Source: Lama glama (lineage: Eukaryota). Taken from it: a DNA stretch of 64,000 bases. A model generated the notes under the pieces. The model was not told where the DNA came from and made no database searches. It saw nothing but the letters and a program-made list of their open reading frames with translations. The stretch is taken from NCBI GenBank assembly GCA_028534125.1, contig CM052816.1:7256001-7320000 (forward strand), in the 5' to 3' direction. Made by a program: the position numbers and the translations under genes. Positions 38,501 to 52,200 of this stretch are shown in pieces. Each line of letters begins with the position of its first letter. The first letter of the stretch is position 1.

Positions 38501-41500
38501 GATTCAGGGCAGAATCGTGATGTCTCTTACCAGATCGTAGAGGATGGCTCAGATGTTTCCAAATTCTTCCAGATCAATGGTAGCACAGGGCAGATGTCCA
38601 CAGTTCAAGAGCTGGATTATGAAGCCCAACAACACTTTCATGTGAAGGTCAGGGCCATGGATAGAGGAGACCCCCCGCTCACTGGTGAAACCCTTGTGGT
38701 TGTCAATGTGTCTGACATCAATGACAATCCCCCAGAGTTCAGGCAACCTCAGTATGAAGCCAATGTCAGTGAGCTAGCAACCTGTGGACACCTGGTTCTC
38801 AAAGTCCAAGCTCTTGACCCTGACAGCAAGGACACCTCTCGCCTGGAGTACCTGATTCTTTCTGGCAATCAGGACAGGCACTTCTCCATTAACAGCTCAT
38901 CAGGGATAATTTCTATGTTTAACCTTTGCAAAAAGCACCTGGACTCTTCTTACAATTTGAGGGTAGGTGCTTCTGATGGGGTCTTCCGAGCCACTGTGCC
39001 TGTGTATATTAACACTACAAATGCCAACAAGTACAGCCCAGAGTTCCAGCAGCATGTTTACGAGGCAGAATTAGCTGAGAATGCAAAGGTGGGAACCAAG
39101 GTGATTGAGTTGCTAGCCATAGACAAAGACAGTGGTCCCTATGGCACTGTAGATTACACCATCATCAATAAACTGGCAGGTGAGAAGTTCTCCATAAACC
39201 CCAGTGGCCAGATCACCACTCTGCAGAAACTGGATCGGGAAAATTCCACAGAAAGAGTTATTGCTATTAAGGTCATGGCTCAGGATGGAGGAGGACGAGT
39301 GGCCTTCTGCACTGTGAAGATCATCCTTACAGATGAAAATGACAACCCCCCACAGTTCAAAGCATCTGAGTACACTGTATCCATTCAATCCAACATCAGT
39401 AAAGACTCCCCAGTCATCCAGGTGCTGGCCTATGATGCAGACGAAGGTCAGAATGCAGATGTCACTTACTCAGTGGATTCAATGGAGGACTTGGAAGAAG
39501 AGGTCATTGAAGTTAACCCAACTACTGGTGTTGTCAAGGTAAAAGAGAGCCTGGTGGGATTGGAAAATCGGGCCTTTGACTTAAAAATCAAAGCCCAAGA
39601 TGGGGGCCCTCCTCACTGGAACTCTCTCATGCTGCTACGACTTCAGGTGGTTCCTAATGAAGTATCCTTGCCCAAATTTTCTGAGCCTCTATATACTTTT
39701 TCTGCATCAGAAGACCTTCCGGAGGGGTCTGAAATTGGTTATGTTAAAGCAGTGGCAGCTCAGGATCCAGTCATCTATAGTCTAGTGCAGGGCACCACAC
39801 CAGAGAGCAACAAGGATGGCATCTTCTCCTTGGACCAAAACACAGGGGTTCTAAAGGTGAGAAAGGCCATGGATTATGAGTCCACCAAATGGTACCAGAT
39901 TGATTTGATGGCACATTGCCCCCATAATGACACTTACTTGGGTTCCTTGGTCTCTGTCAACATCCAAGTGAAGGATGTCAATGACAACAGGCCTGTATTT
40001 GAGGCTGATCCATATAAGGCTGTTCTCACTGAGAATATGCCAGTGGGGACCTCAGTCATTCAAGTGACTGCCAATGATCAGGACACTGGGATTGATGGCC
40101 AGGTGAGCTACAGGCTGCCAGTGGACCCTGGTAGCAATATCCATGAGCTCTTCACCATTGACAGTGAGACTGGCTGGATCACCACACTCCAGGAGCTTGA
40201 CTGTGAGGCCAGCCAGATCTACCGCTTTTACGTGGTGGCCTATGACCATGGCCGGACCATCCAGCTATCTTCTCAGGTCCTGGTTGAAGTCTCCATTACA
40301 GATGAGAATGACAACGCCCCCCAGTTTGCTTCTGAAGACTACAGAGGATCCGTGGTTGAGAACAGTGAACCTGGTGAACCTGTGGCCACTCTTAAAACCT
40401 TGGATGCTGATATCTCTGAGCAGAACAGACAGGTCACCTGCTATATCACAGGTAAGGATACCTATCTTGGAATGGAGGCACTGGGGTGTGTTGAAAAAAG
40501 TCCAGTAAAAGGTTCCCTAAGCTATGGGTGTAAGTCCTGGCTCTGCCACTAATTAGAAGTGACCTTGGGTAAATTTACACTTAACCTCCCAGGATCTTAG
40601 TTGCTCCAATTATAGACTTGATATGCATGTTCTCATTCAACTTACAGAGATGTTGGTAAGGTCTAACTTGAAACAGTTTTGAGAGCCCCTCATAAATTGG
40701 AAAGTGCCTTGTAAAGAGGATTTCTTATTACCTTAGGTGGAGTAGATAGAACAGAAAAGAGATATTGTAACTGTTTTCAGCTTCTGGGAGGTGGAGAGGG
40801 AATCAAAGTTGTGTGGTCCATGAAAACTCTATGAGGTGATTGTCCTTGTAGAGTAGTATTCTGCCTCATGCAAGTTGTGGAGAGTAGAAAACACTTCCTA
40901 GTCAATCACAGGACCCAATTGTTGGAGGTAAAACACTTCCTTAGATACAATTCTAGCCCAATCTCCTCATTTCCCACATAGGAGAACCAAAGCCCAGATG
41001 GAGAAATGCAACCAAGGTTACACTCCAAGCTTGCATCAGGGCTAGGGTTAAAACCACACCCTATAAACTGCTTTCCTCGATGGGTATCTATCGCAAATCT
41101 AAATTACCCAATCTCTGTCCAGTGGCTGAACCAGGCAACCAGTGGCCAAAAGGGTTTCTTTACTTCTCAGTGCCCCTTTCCCCGTCTCCCAGGTGCCATG
41201 TCATCCCATTTCCAGAGTCATGGTTTCTTCTGCTATCACAGCTGTCTGGTGGAGAGTTAATGAGCCTGAAGTTCCAATCAAGAAGCACAGAATCCTGGAG
41301 ACAGATCCTGGATCAGAGCTATTTGAATTATGGAGTCTTAGTGAAACAGAATTTTACTCATCTTATAATACGAGACTCTTAAAACACGAAAGTCTTAAAA
41401 TCTCTGAATAACAGAATTAAAAATGTCAATATATCATCAACTCTTGGAATAGCTAAATCTTGGAACTCTGGTATCTTAGAATTTCAAAAATCCATCTCCC

Positions 41501-42790
41501 CTATTGGTGAGTGATTGTGTCAAGGAAAGATGACTCAGAAGCAAACCTCATGATCCACCTGAACTTCCACTTAGCCAATTTCCTCAGCTGCAAAATAAAG
41601 CCTCAGAGAGCTTAGTGTTTTTAATCACCTGTCCCTCCACTGTCAGATACTAGATACTAGAAGGTTCTTGTATAGAATGGAAATTTACTTCCTTTTAACT
41701 TTTCTCAAAGTCTTCCAAAGCACACCAATAAGAAACCTGCCCCTCAGCCACATCTTTTGGAGCAGGGTTTCTTGCAGTGATAATTCCATTTAACAGGAGG
41801 CATTTGAAGTTGGAAGAGGCATCATAACACCAAGAAACTGACTCATTGCATAACTGTGGGTCCCTAGTTAAGGGAGGAAACTTTTGCCTTCCCCAGCAAT
41901 CCTAAAAACTGTCAGGTGGGCAGCCACCTACGGCACAAAGTCTGGTTTGTTCCTGTTGCTTGACTTCTGGAAGCTCTGTCTCATCTTTTTAGAGGGAGAT
42001 CCCTTGGGCCAGTTTGCCATCAGCCAAGCTGGAGATGAGTGGAGAATTTTCTCAAGGAAGACCCTGGACCGCGAGCAGACGGCCAAATACTTGCTCCGAA
42101 TCACAGCTTCCGATGGCAAGTTCCAGGCTTCGGTCCTCGTGGAGGTCTTCGTCCTGGACATCAATGATAACAGCCCACAGTGCTCACAGGTGAGAGCCTG
42201 GTGAGGGTGTAGTGCGAGTGGAGGCAAGGAAGCTGGAGTGAAGGGCAAGAGGAAGGAGGACTCGGGGTACCACCTCTGGGGCTGGCCATCATTGATACTT
42301 GCCCTTGCTTCACCCCAGCTGGCCTCAGACTAGTGCCCTAGGCAGGCACCATTCTAGGTAATTGTCTCCCCTCCCCCAGTAGGGATGGTCACCAAGCTCT
42401 TTAGAACCCATTGTCCATACCACGCCCCCTACACTTCCTATAAAGGTCCTTTATTCTGCAAGACATATCTAGAAGTAAAGTAACTTCATTCTCCAAACAC
42501 AGTTTGCTATGCCCAATGGGGAGGCCCTTCCACTGCTCAGCTTGTTAGCATGGCTCATTATTGTCCAATACATTAAAAGAGACCCGCCCCCAGAGATGCC
42601 CAGCACCACTCACCATGCTTATATGTGCATATCCTCACATCTGCATGCATTACACAGACCGACAGATACCCTCCTTCTGGTTATATGTACACACAAGCAG
42701 GTAGGCAGGGCAGTTACATTTTTGACAAGGGAGGCTTTCCTACGGACCTCATATAATTCAACACTAAATTTCCCATGGAAAATGTTGAGT

Positions 42791-42831
<41 letters not shown>

Positions 42832-45800
42832 GGAGGGGAACTACTCTTAAAGGGCATAAAACAACAATCACTGTCATACAGCTTTGCTTTTAAACATTTT
42901 TTTTTAAACGTAGTAAATAATTTTTCAACTTTGGGGGATTTGCATTACTTCAAAGTTGCTAGATAAAGTCAAACTATTAACATTTAAATTTTATAACATC
43001 TCAAATTAACATACTTCAAATTTATATAAAATCCAACCATTTACTAATGCAAACTTATACCTATGTACTCACACACATACACATAGTCAAAGGGTCACCT
43101 GCAACTCTCTCTAAATATGCAAATACCTATACATAAAACACACAGATACCCAGAAGCATACACCGACAAACCCACAACATTCATCCATATATAACTCACA
43201 TCAACATACTTACATATGGATTTGCATATATGGATACCTCAATTCTTCATATTTTATTTGCAAACACATACATACATATGGACACATACCTAGGAACACA
43301 CACAAATCATGTATCTTATCATTTTCCCTCCTCTGTCTTCTATATTCCAACCTCATAGAAGCATGAGAGAAAAAGAAAACTTGGGTTATCAAGGAGGGGG
43401 TGCATGGAAAATGTCTTTGAAGGATCCAATATGACCACCTGTGTCAAAAGGGCAGCCTCTAGGGGTGAAGAGTGGCCACAGGTTCCTCCTCTTTCCCCTC
43501 AGCATCCTTCCAACCAGCCCGCATGCTCCCCGTGCTGGGAGAGGCTGGGACCATGCTAAACCTGGCCTTCTCAGAGGTGGTCAACCACATCACCAGAGCC
43601 AGGGGAAAGAGACCTAGGGGGCTGTCTCCACACAGCCCCTCCAGGCACAAAACCTCCACCCAGAGCACGTACAGAGGTCCATGCTCACCCACAGCCTGTA
43701 TTGGGGGGACCAGTGTGCTTGGAAGCTGTGTCCAGAGCCAGCAGCTGTAGGAACCCTGGGAGCTCCAGCCTCTCCTCTGTGCCAACACCCCTTGCATTGC
43801 AGCAGGTCCTTCTAGCCCTGAGTGTGAGCTTTCAGGTGGTAGAACTTCTCTCTCATTCTCAGCTTTTCTGACTACGTCTCTTGTCATCTTTCTCCTTGTT
43901 TTTAATCTCTATTTTCCTTGCATTTTCCCTCTCATTCTCCAACCCTCTGTTCTCCTCCCCTCCTCTCTCTGCTTCTTCCCCCATCTGCCCCTTCATCTCT
44001 GTCCTCATATCTCTCACTCTGTTTCTCTCTGCCTCTCTCTGGATCTCAGCATGTCTCCCTCTGCTTTGTCTTCCATCTTTAGCTTCTCTATACTGGCAAA
44101 GTCAGTGAAGATGTATCTCCAGGACACTTCATTCTGAAAATTTCTGCAACAGACATGGACTCCGACACCAATGCACAGATCACATACTCTCTGCACGGTC
44201 CTGGGGCGGATGAATTTAAGCTGGATCCTCATACAGGTAGGTTTCCTGAACTGCAGATCAAGCCAAGAACTGATTTACTGAAAAACGAGTCCCCAGTACC
44301 CCGGCTCCATGGATAAGAAACAGGAATTCCCTTATCCATCCAACCGTTCACTCAGCAAAATGTATATTGGCCCTAAGTGCTGAGCATTCGCTGGATGCTA
44401 AGGACATAATCAACAAACTGATAAGACAAGATCTGTGTCTTTACAATCTAGTGGGAAAGGCAGTCATTAAATCAGTGGTTTGAAATGCACAGAATTAAAA
44501 AACCCAGGATGCTAGGGGAGGTTTGACAGGAAAACCAGACTTAAGCTTGGGAGCAGGGTTAAGTAAAATCTCTCTGAAGAAATGTCATTTTAATGTGAGA
44601 CTTGAGCACATTAAAAGTTAGCCATTGGGTAAGGGAGTGGTAGGGATGGACATTCAAGGCAGACGGAGAGTTTATACAAGGACCTTGTTTTGGGAAAAAG
44701 TGCGCACATCGGAGGACCTGATAGAGAGCCAGAAACTGGTGTACACAAGGTGGGGAAAGAGGGCAAAGGATGAGGCCCTCAGGGCAGGCGGTGCCATGTC
44801 CCCCACTGAGAACCACTGAAGGATGCAGGCAGGTGAGTCATGGTCAAAGACATGATCTCAAGGTTGTATGCTGCAGACTGGAGATAAAACCTCATAGCAC
44901 TGTTCCCAATAAATAAAGTATATAGAAATCTAGCCCAGGTCTGGCACATAGTAAGAGTTCAGCAGAATATGGTTTCCACTGTCATTATCATTAGTTAGGG
45001 GACAAAGCAGAGAGAGGGAAGCAGAGAACCCAGCAGGTAGACCAGGAACACTCGGGAGAGGCCGGGCTGTGAGAAACTGGTGGAGAAGACAGGGTGGAAG
45101 CTGCTTCTTTGGAAAAGGTGGGGTCCCTGTCCTGCTGCTGTAGGGGAGGGTGTGACGACGGGCAGCACAGAAGGCCCAGGTCACAGAGGGCCAGCTGCTC
45201 ACACTTGGCTTTGAACCAGTAGCTCAAAGGATGCCTTGGAAATTCCTGTGCAGGGAGGTGGCAGGTGAGAGTCAGTATCCCAGGAAGCTGTCTGGTAGAT
45301 GGGAGTCAGCAGTGCCCGTCCAGATCCCAGCATAGGCATGCTGAGTCACCCTAAGTAGGTGACCTAATCTCTTTCTGTTGCTGTTTGTTCAGCTGCAGGA
45401 TGATCAGTAGGGTCTTAAAAAAAAAAAACTCAGCTGTTTTTTTTGGAGTATGGAAATAATACACGTTCATTGTACAAAGATTCAAACCACATAGGCGTGT
45501 TATTATGAGGACATTGGAAAGTCTTCATAAGAACCAGTCCCTCCCACAAAGATAAGCACTCTTGGTATATATTCTTTCAGACTGGTTTTCCGTGCATTCC
45601 CCCAAGTCTCTATATAGCATTCTATTTTGTGACTTGCTTTTTTTCTCGTAGCGATATCTTGGAGATATTAACAAGGCACCACACAGAGCTTTATCATAAT
45701 TCCTTTTTGGTTGCACAGTATTTTGTTGCATGACTAAATGATAATGTATTTAACCAGTATCTTTTTGAAAGACACACAGGATGTCGTCAGTATGTTGTTA

Positions 45801-48800
45801 TTTATGAAGAATGCTGCAGAGACCATCTCTATGTATATTTTTATCCTTGGCTTGATGATTCTGTAGAATACATTCCTAGAAGTGAAACTATGGGCCGAAG
45901 GTTAAACACATTTCATGTGCTGTTATAAACTGCCTAACTGGCCTTTAAAAGTGTTGTGCCTTTTGGTAGCTCATTGGTGTGGACCCTAAACTGGGGACGT
46001 GCTAGTGGAGTGTGACCAGGGAGGCGAGCAGGTGTGGGGAGACACAGGATGAGCGTCTTTCCTAATCATGAGTACACAGGCCTGACCCTTTTCTCTGTGA
46101 CAGCACTCTGTGTGGCTGAGATTTTATCACATAGACATCTGGAAGGCACACGCCAGGGTCACGGCCCCAAGAGAAAGCTGACTTGCTGCCCTTTCTCCGG
46201 CCAGGGGAGCTGATCACACTCACGGCACTAGACCGAGAGAGGAAGGATGTATACAGCCTTGTTGCCAAGGCGACAGATGGAGGCGGCCAATCCTGCCAGG
46301 CGGATGTGACCCTTCACGTGGAGGATGTGAATGACAACGCCCCCCGGTTCTTCCCCAGCCACTGTGCTGTGGCGGTCTTCGACAACACCACGGTGAACAC
46401 CCCTGTGGCGGTGGTACTGGCCAGGGATCCTGACCAAGGTGAGAAAGAGAAGGACTGGAGGCCATTTGCTTATGGGGTCACCCTGGGCGAGGGTTTGGCT
46501 CTCTCTGTATTGGTCTGGGACTGGCAAGGGACTGTACCTCCCTCCTGAGTCTACAGACACTTATAAGTAGAAAATATCCATAAACTGCGTATCTAAGTGC
46601 TAAGTGATGAAGAGTTTGGTAATGTTTCAAGGCCCGTATGGGGTATTTCAGCCTCATTGTTTCTCACTGCCACTTAGACCTAGAGCCCTTCCAGTTCCAC
46701 TGTTTAACCTCAGGAACATTTTGAATACAAACATTTAATGTGAAATACACCAATCAGAATTATTCAACTCTGATTAACCTGGCCACAAGAAAGAACCTTA
46801 AGGCACAAACTCCACTAGGTCTATTAAATTCTTGGATCAATTTTCTATAAAATGAAGTGGAATATTTTAGATTTTATTTTTAGGTTTAAATATTTTATAT
46901 GTTAATTTTAATGACATTATTTTCATTAGGATTAACTCTTTTCTGTTTAATATTTACAAAGAAAACTGGATTTGCCTTGTATTCATTCCACATTATACCA
47001 TTTATAGCTTCTGCCATCATGAAGTGCTTCATTGTGGAGATATGTATTTTTACATAGACACATAAATATGTAAATATATACATATCCAATTTTCTTGAAT
47101 CAAATTATATAATTTAGGTGGGGTAAAAAATGCCCTCAGGGTCAAAATAGCCAGATGAACACAGGAGATGATGATGATGATGATGATGACGATGATGATA
47201 AAAAGTAGGGACAAAACACCCTGCTTTGTTCCACACCAACAGAGTAAATTTAAGACTTCCTGGAGGAAGTGAGTTTTAGTTTGGCATTGATGGAGGTAAA
47301 AGATTTTGGGGGGATGCAGGGGTTCCAGGGAGGGCAAACAGTGCAAAGGCATCTAATGGCTAAAGGCCTTGCAAATGCTCCATTGGCTGGTGCTTACACA
47401 CCTCCAGGGACAGGAAGCTCTCTCCTTCCCAGGCAGCCCCTTCCTTCCATGGAAACAGATAATTATCAAGTTCTATCTTTTGGAGCTGACACCTGTCAGT
47501 CCCGGTGTCGCCCTCTGTAGCCACACAAATCCCCCAGACCCTCGCCCATGACAGCCCTTCCAAGCCTGGGAGAGAGCGACTACCTACTCCTGCCTCAAGG
47601 TTCCCTTTCTGGGTGAAGGAGCCGTAGTTTCTTCAATCTTGTGTTTCCAATCCCACCTCCCTCCTAGGACACATCCTTTGGCCCTGCACCAATGAACCAG
47701 TAAACCTTCAAAACTGTTATTATTATTCTAAATCAAATATTTCACCTCAATATTTCAAATGTGGCCTCACTCGCAGTTTTCTCTCTTCAGAAAAACTATG
47801 GTCTTTTCAGAAAAATGCCTATATGGGAGAACTGCATGGTATGCACATTTAATTCACATAAATTCAACAAAAGTGGGGGGTATGTCCCCACGTGTGTGTG
47901 AGACTCGAGGCCCACGGGCTCAGGGCCTGTGCTCCTCCCACTGGGTGAGGATTTCACAGCTGAGCATTAAATGTTGGTGTTCTTTAGACATTATGGTCCC
48001 TACACGAGCCAACTGCTTCAACTGGTCCACAACCAAAAGACATCTGAAAGCATCTGAAACAAAGCTGGAAAAACACAGTGCTTTGATTTACTAAGAACTT
48101 TCCATGGATGCGTGCGTGTTTTTGTGGTTTTTTTTTTACCTTTTATTTTGACATAATTATAAACTCGTAGTTAAGTTGCAAAACTAGTACTGAGAGGCCC
48201 ATGCACCGTTCACCCAGCTTCCCCCATTGGCGGCATCTGTAGTACAACATCAAGGCTAGGAAACTGGTTCCAGGACATGACTGGTAACAGACTCCAGTCT
48301 TATTCAGATTTCACAGTTTAATATGCATTCCTTTGAATGTGTGTGCATGTGCACTTCGATTCAATATCATTCCATGTACAGACTCATGTAACCACCACTA
48401 CAGTCAAGATACTGTTCTAACACAACCAAAGAACTTGCTATGGATGGTTTTGATCTTGCACAACTTTCACTTTAGAAGCTGACATTGGACCCTAATGTCC
48501 ACAGAAGGAGCTTCAGATATTGCTAAGGGTCTGCAGAACAACCGTCCCCTTCACAGAATCCTTTCAGTGAGGCCTTGAACCCCACCCCAGTCCAGATCCC
48601 CCACATGAGAGGTTCTCACTCCTTCCAGCCTGAACATGTGAGCCTTTATGGGAATGCTGCCTGCCCCACGCCCTCCTGTAGCTGAAACTTTGCTGCAGGC
48701 AGGGCCAGAGGAGGGTCTTTCTGTATGAATCATGCTCTCCATCTCCCCCACAGGCGCCAACGCCCAGGTGGTCTACTCTCTCACGGACTCTGCCGAAGGC

Positions 48801-49165
48801 CACTTTTCCATCGAGGCCACCACAGGCGTGATCCGGCTGGAGAAGCCACTGCAGGTCAGGCCACAGGCGGCCCTGGAGCTCACCGTCCGTGCCTCTGACC
48901 TAGGCACCCCGATACCACTGTCCACGCTGGGCACCGTCACCATCTCTGTGGTGGGCCTGGATGACTATCTGCCCGTGTTTCTGAGCACTGAGCACAGCGT
49001 GCAGGTACCTGAGGATGCCGCGCGTGGCACAGAGGTGCTGCGGCTGGCCACCCTCACTCGCCCAGGTGCTGAGAAGACTGGCTACCGCATGGTCAGCGGG
49101 AATGAGCAGGGGAGGTTCCACCTGGATGCCCACACAGGTGAGACAGCACCGAGGCAGCCCCACCC

Positions 49166-49202
<37 letters not shown>

Positions 49203-52200
49203 CTTGAGGAACGACGATGGATTTTTCGCATACCACAGCCCCTCCTTGGCATCTTTTGGCCCTTTCTTCACTCTGCATCTCTCCATGCCCCTGGGGCCGG
49301 CTTATATGGGAGCATCACTTATTCCACTACATCCCCACACAGGACTCTGCGTTGAGGATTCTCTCTCCCAGTTTTCAGCTTCATGGTCCAGGCTCAGACC
49401 CAGCGCCAGGAAGCTGAGGCCACCATCCATCATTGGCAGCCAAGACACAAAGCACTTGCTGGAATCTGGGCTGTAAGCAGTTCAGGGCAAGGCTGCCTGC
49501 TTCCCCCAAACATCCTGGCACCCCTGAATTTTTCCTTATTCTCATGAAGAGAGAACTGCAGAAGAATCTAAGTCAGACCCACAGAATCCCATGGAAGGTC
49601 CTCAGAGGCTGCCCAGCCTACCAAACCTCATGCGTTCCCTCCCCACAGCACCTCTCTACCTCCTAAAGCAGCCGCTTTACTGTTGAGCAGTAGTTTTTAA
49701 TTTTTATTATGGAGACTTTAAACATGTAAAAAATAGAGGGAACAGTATAATGGACCCCATGTTCTCATCACCCAGCTTCAATAATTATCAACATTCATCT
49801 ACTCTGGTTTCATCTTTAACCCCCTGCCCCTCTATCCACCATTTGCTGCATTACTTTAAAGCAAATCTCAAAGATGATATCATTTGGTTGGTAAATACTT
49901 TGGTGTGTATCTCTAAATGATAAGGACTCCTTCTATAAATACAACCATAATATCATTATTACACCTAAAAGGTAATAATAATTCCTTAATATAGTCCAAT
50001 ACCCAGCCAAACAATTTTTCAGCTTATCTCATAAGTGTCTTTTTAAAGTTAGTTTGCTTGTCAACATCCCCCAAATGTCCACATACTACATTTGGTTGAT
50101 GGGCAGTATTTTAAGTCTCTTTCAAGCTCTAGCATTTTCCTCTCCCTCTTTATTTCCTTCTGCCATTTATTTAATGAAAAATTTGGGAGATGTGTGTGGC
50201 AGGATTTTTGAATATTTTGGATTGGCTAGTTGTATCTTTATGATGTCACATAACATATCCCTCTAGCCCCTAGATTTCTTATAAATGACATTTGGATCAA
50301 AGGCTTTGCTTAGGTTCAAACTCAATTTTTTGCCAACAGTGCTTCATACATGATGCTGGGCTCTCCTTTGCACCAGGTCGGGAGGCATATAATGGTTTAT
50401 GAGTTCTTTATTCTGAGGTTAAGACTGACAGTGGGCTTGGAGGTTGTCAGTCTGATCCATTCACTATAGAGTTCTCCATCAGCTCTTCTTCTGATGGTTA
50501 TAACAGCCTTTGATGATTATTTCCTAGATATATTATTTCATGGGGGGGGCTACAAAATGGTGATTTTCTAACCCTATCCTTCCTCACTCATTTATTAATG
50601 AGTTATTTTATAAAGAATTTTCTGCCATTAACTATTCAGTTATCCAGGAACATCGGGAGGAATTCTTTTATGTTCCAGTTTTCAGAACAATAAATCTCTG
50701 CCCTAACAATCTGTTGACCAACTTTGGGTACTATAAAACTCTGTCATCTAAGTTCTGTCATTCACTAGCTGAGTGAGCTTGTACTCATCTGTTAGGAGCA
50801 TCAGTTGACTCACACTTGCTCCTGCTCTACAGGGTTATTATAGATCTACCTGAGATAAGAGTTAATATTGTAAGTTTAAATGAGATTTCAATGAAATAGT
50901 ACAGAAATAAATGAGGGAAACACTGCTGTTGAGAATGGTAATAGGGAAAATGAGAGGAGATAGAGGGGAAGGGGGACGTGATGGGGAAAGGAAAATAGGG
51001 AGATGATGGAGGAGGTGATGGAGGAAATCTGTCTCTCCCAACCTGGACGAGCTGCTTCTCCTGGCGTTTGGCTCAAGACCCCTCAGCACTCTGCCTCTGT
51101 GGTCTCAACTGCCTCAGTGCTCCCATCACCTCTTGCTTCTTCAGGAATACTCTACGTCAACAGGAGCCTGGACTTCGAGACAAGCCCCAAGTACTTTCTG
51201 TCCATTGAGTGCAGCCGGAAGGGCTCTTCCTCCCTCAGCGACATGACCACAATCGTGGTCAACATCACTGACATCAACGAACACCGGCCCAGATTCCCCC
51301 AGGATCTGTACAGCACGAGGGTCTTGGAGAATGCCATCGTGGGTGATGTAGTGCTCACGGTAAGGATCTGCAGTTTTGCACTCTGGAGGGCATGGACTCT
51401 GTGGGTTCTTATCTCCCCTCCCCCAGTCATCTACAAGCATGGATTATTGGATTATTTTATCAGTTAATACACCACAGACTTGACTCTGACATGTAGCCAC
51501 TCAACAAAACTCTCTCATGACAAAAGGTCTCAGGGCCATGTTTTATAAGATCTAGATCAGGTGCTGATAGAATGGGGCATGGGAGAAGCCCCAGAGGACT
51601 GCCAGAGGGACACAGAGTGTCAGTGTGGAGGGGAGGGAGGGAGGGGACACCAAATAGCACCTCTTTGCATTTAAACCTGTAATTGCTCCATACTTCATGG
51701 AGTGAAACAAACTCTGCATGCCCATATTCAAGGTTCTCATCTCCTTCCAGTCTCTGACATGCACCCCATGCTCCAAACACACAGCAAGATGTGCCTTTCC
51801 TCATCCTCTGCACTCTCATACCTCTGGGCTCATATTGTTTCCTCTGCCTGGAATGCTGACTCTGCTCCCAGAAGCTCCTTATCCTTCAAGGTTTCATGAC
51901 TCCTCTTCTAATCTCACCGAGTGAAATCTATCACCATAAAACTGATCATACTTCACCCCAGATTAGGTTTGCCCATAAAATGAGACATGAAGCTCCCTAA
52001 GGGCATATCCATTTTGGTACATTCCTCAACTTATAGCACAGGACCCTAGCATCCTGTAAGTTATGAGTGAATGAATGAATGGATCAATCAATAAACCACA
52101 GCCTGCTGACAACCACACTAGGATGTAAAGGAAGAGATTCCTTTGGCAAGGATGACTGTGGTCCAGGGACTGCCACCCCAAGGGCAGTCTAGGGGGCAGG

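Noticed and set aside
36491..40552. Stand-alone 1353-aa gene, or a truncated isoform by read-through of exon 9
   Set aside because: It starts at GTG inside a spliced exon with a good acceptor (36393) and a strong donor (gtaagg), and there is no AATAAA close behind the 40552 stop.
44309..44339. Inverted repeat ATGGATAAG/CTTATCCAT
   Set aside because: Only 9 bp with a 13-nt loop, which is compatible with chance.
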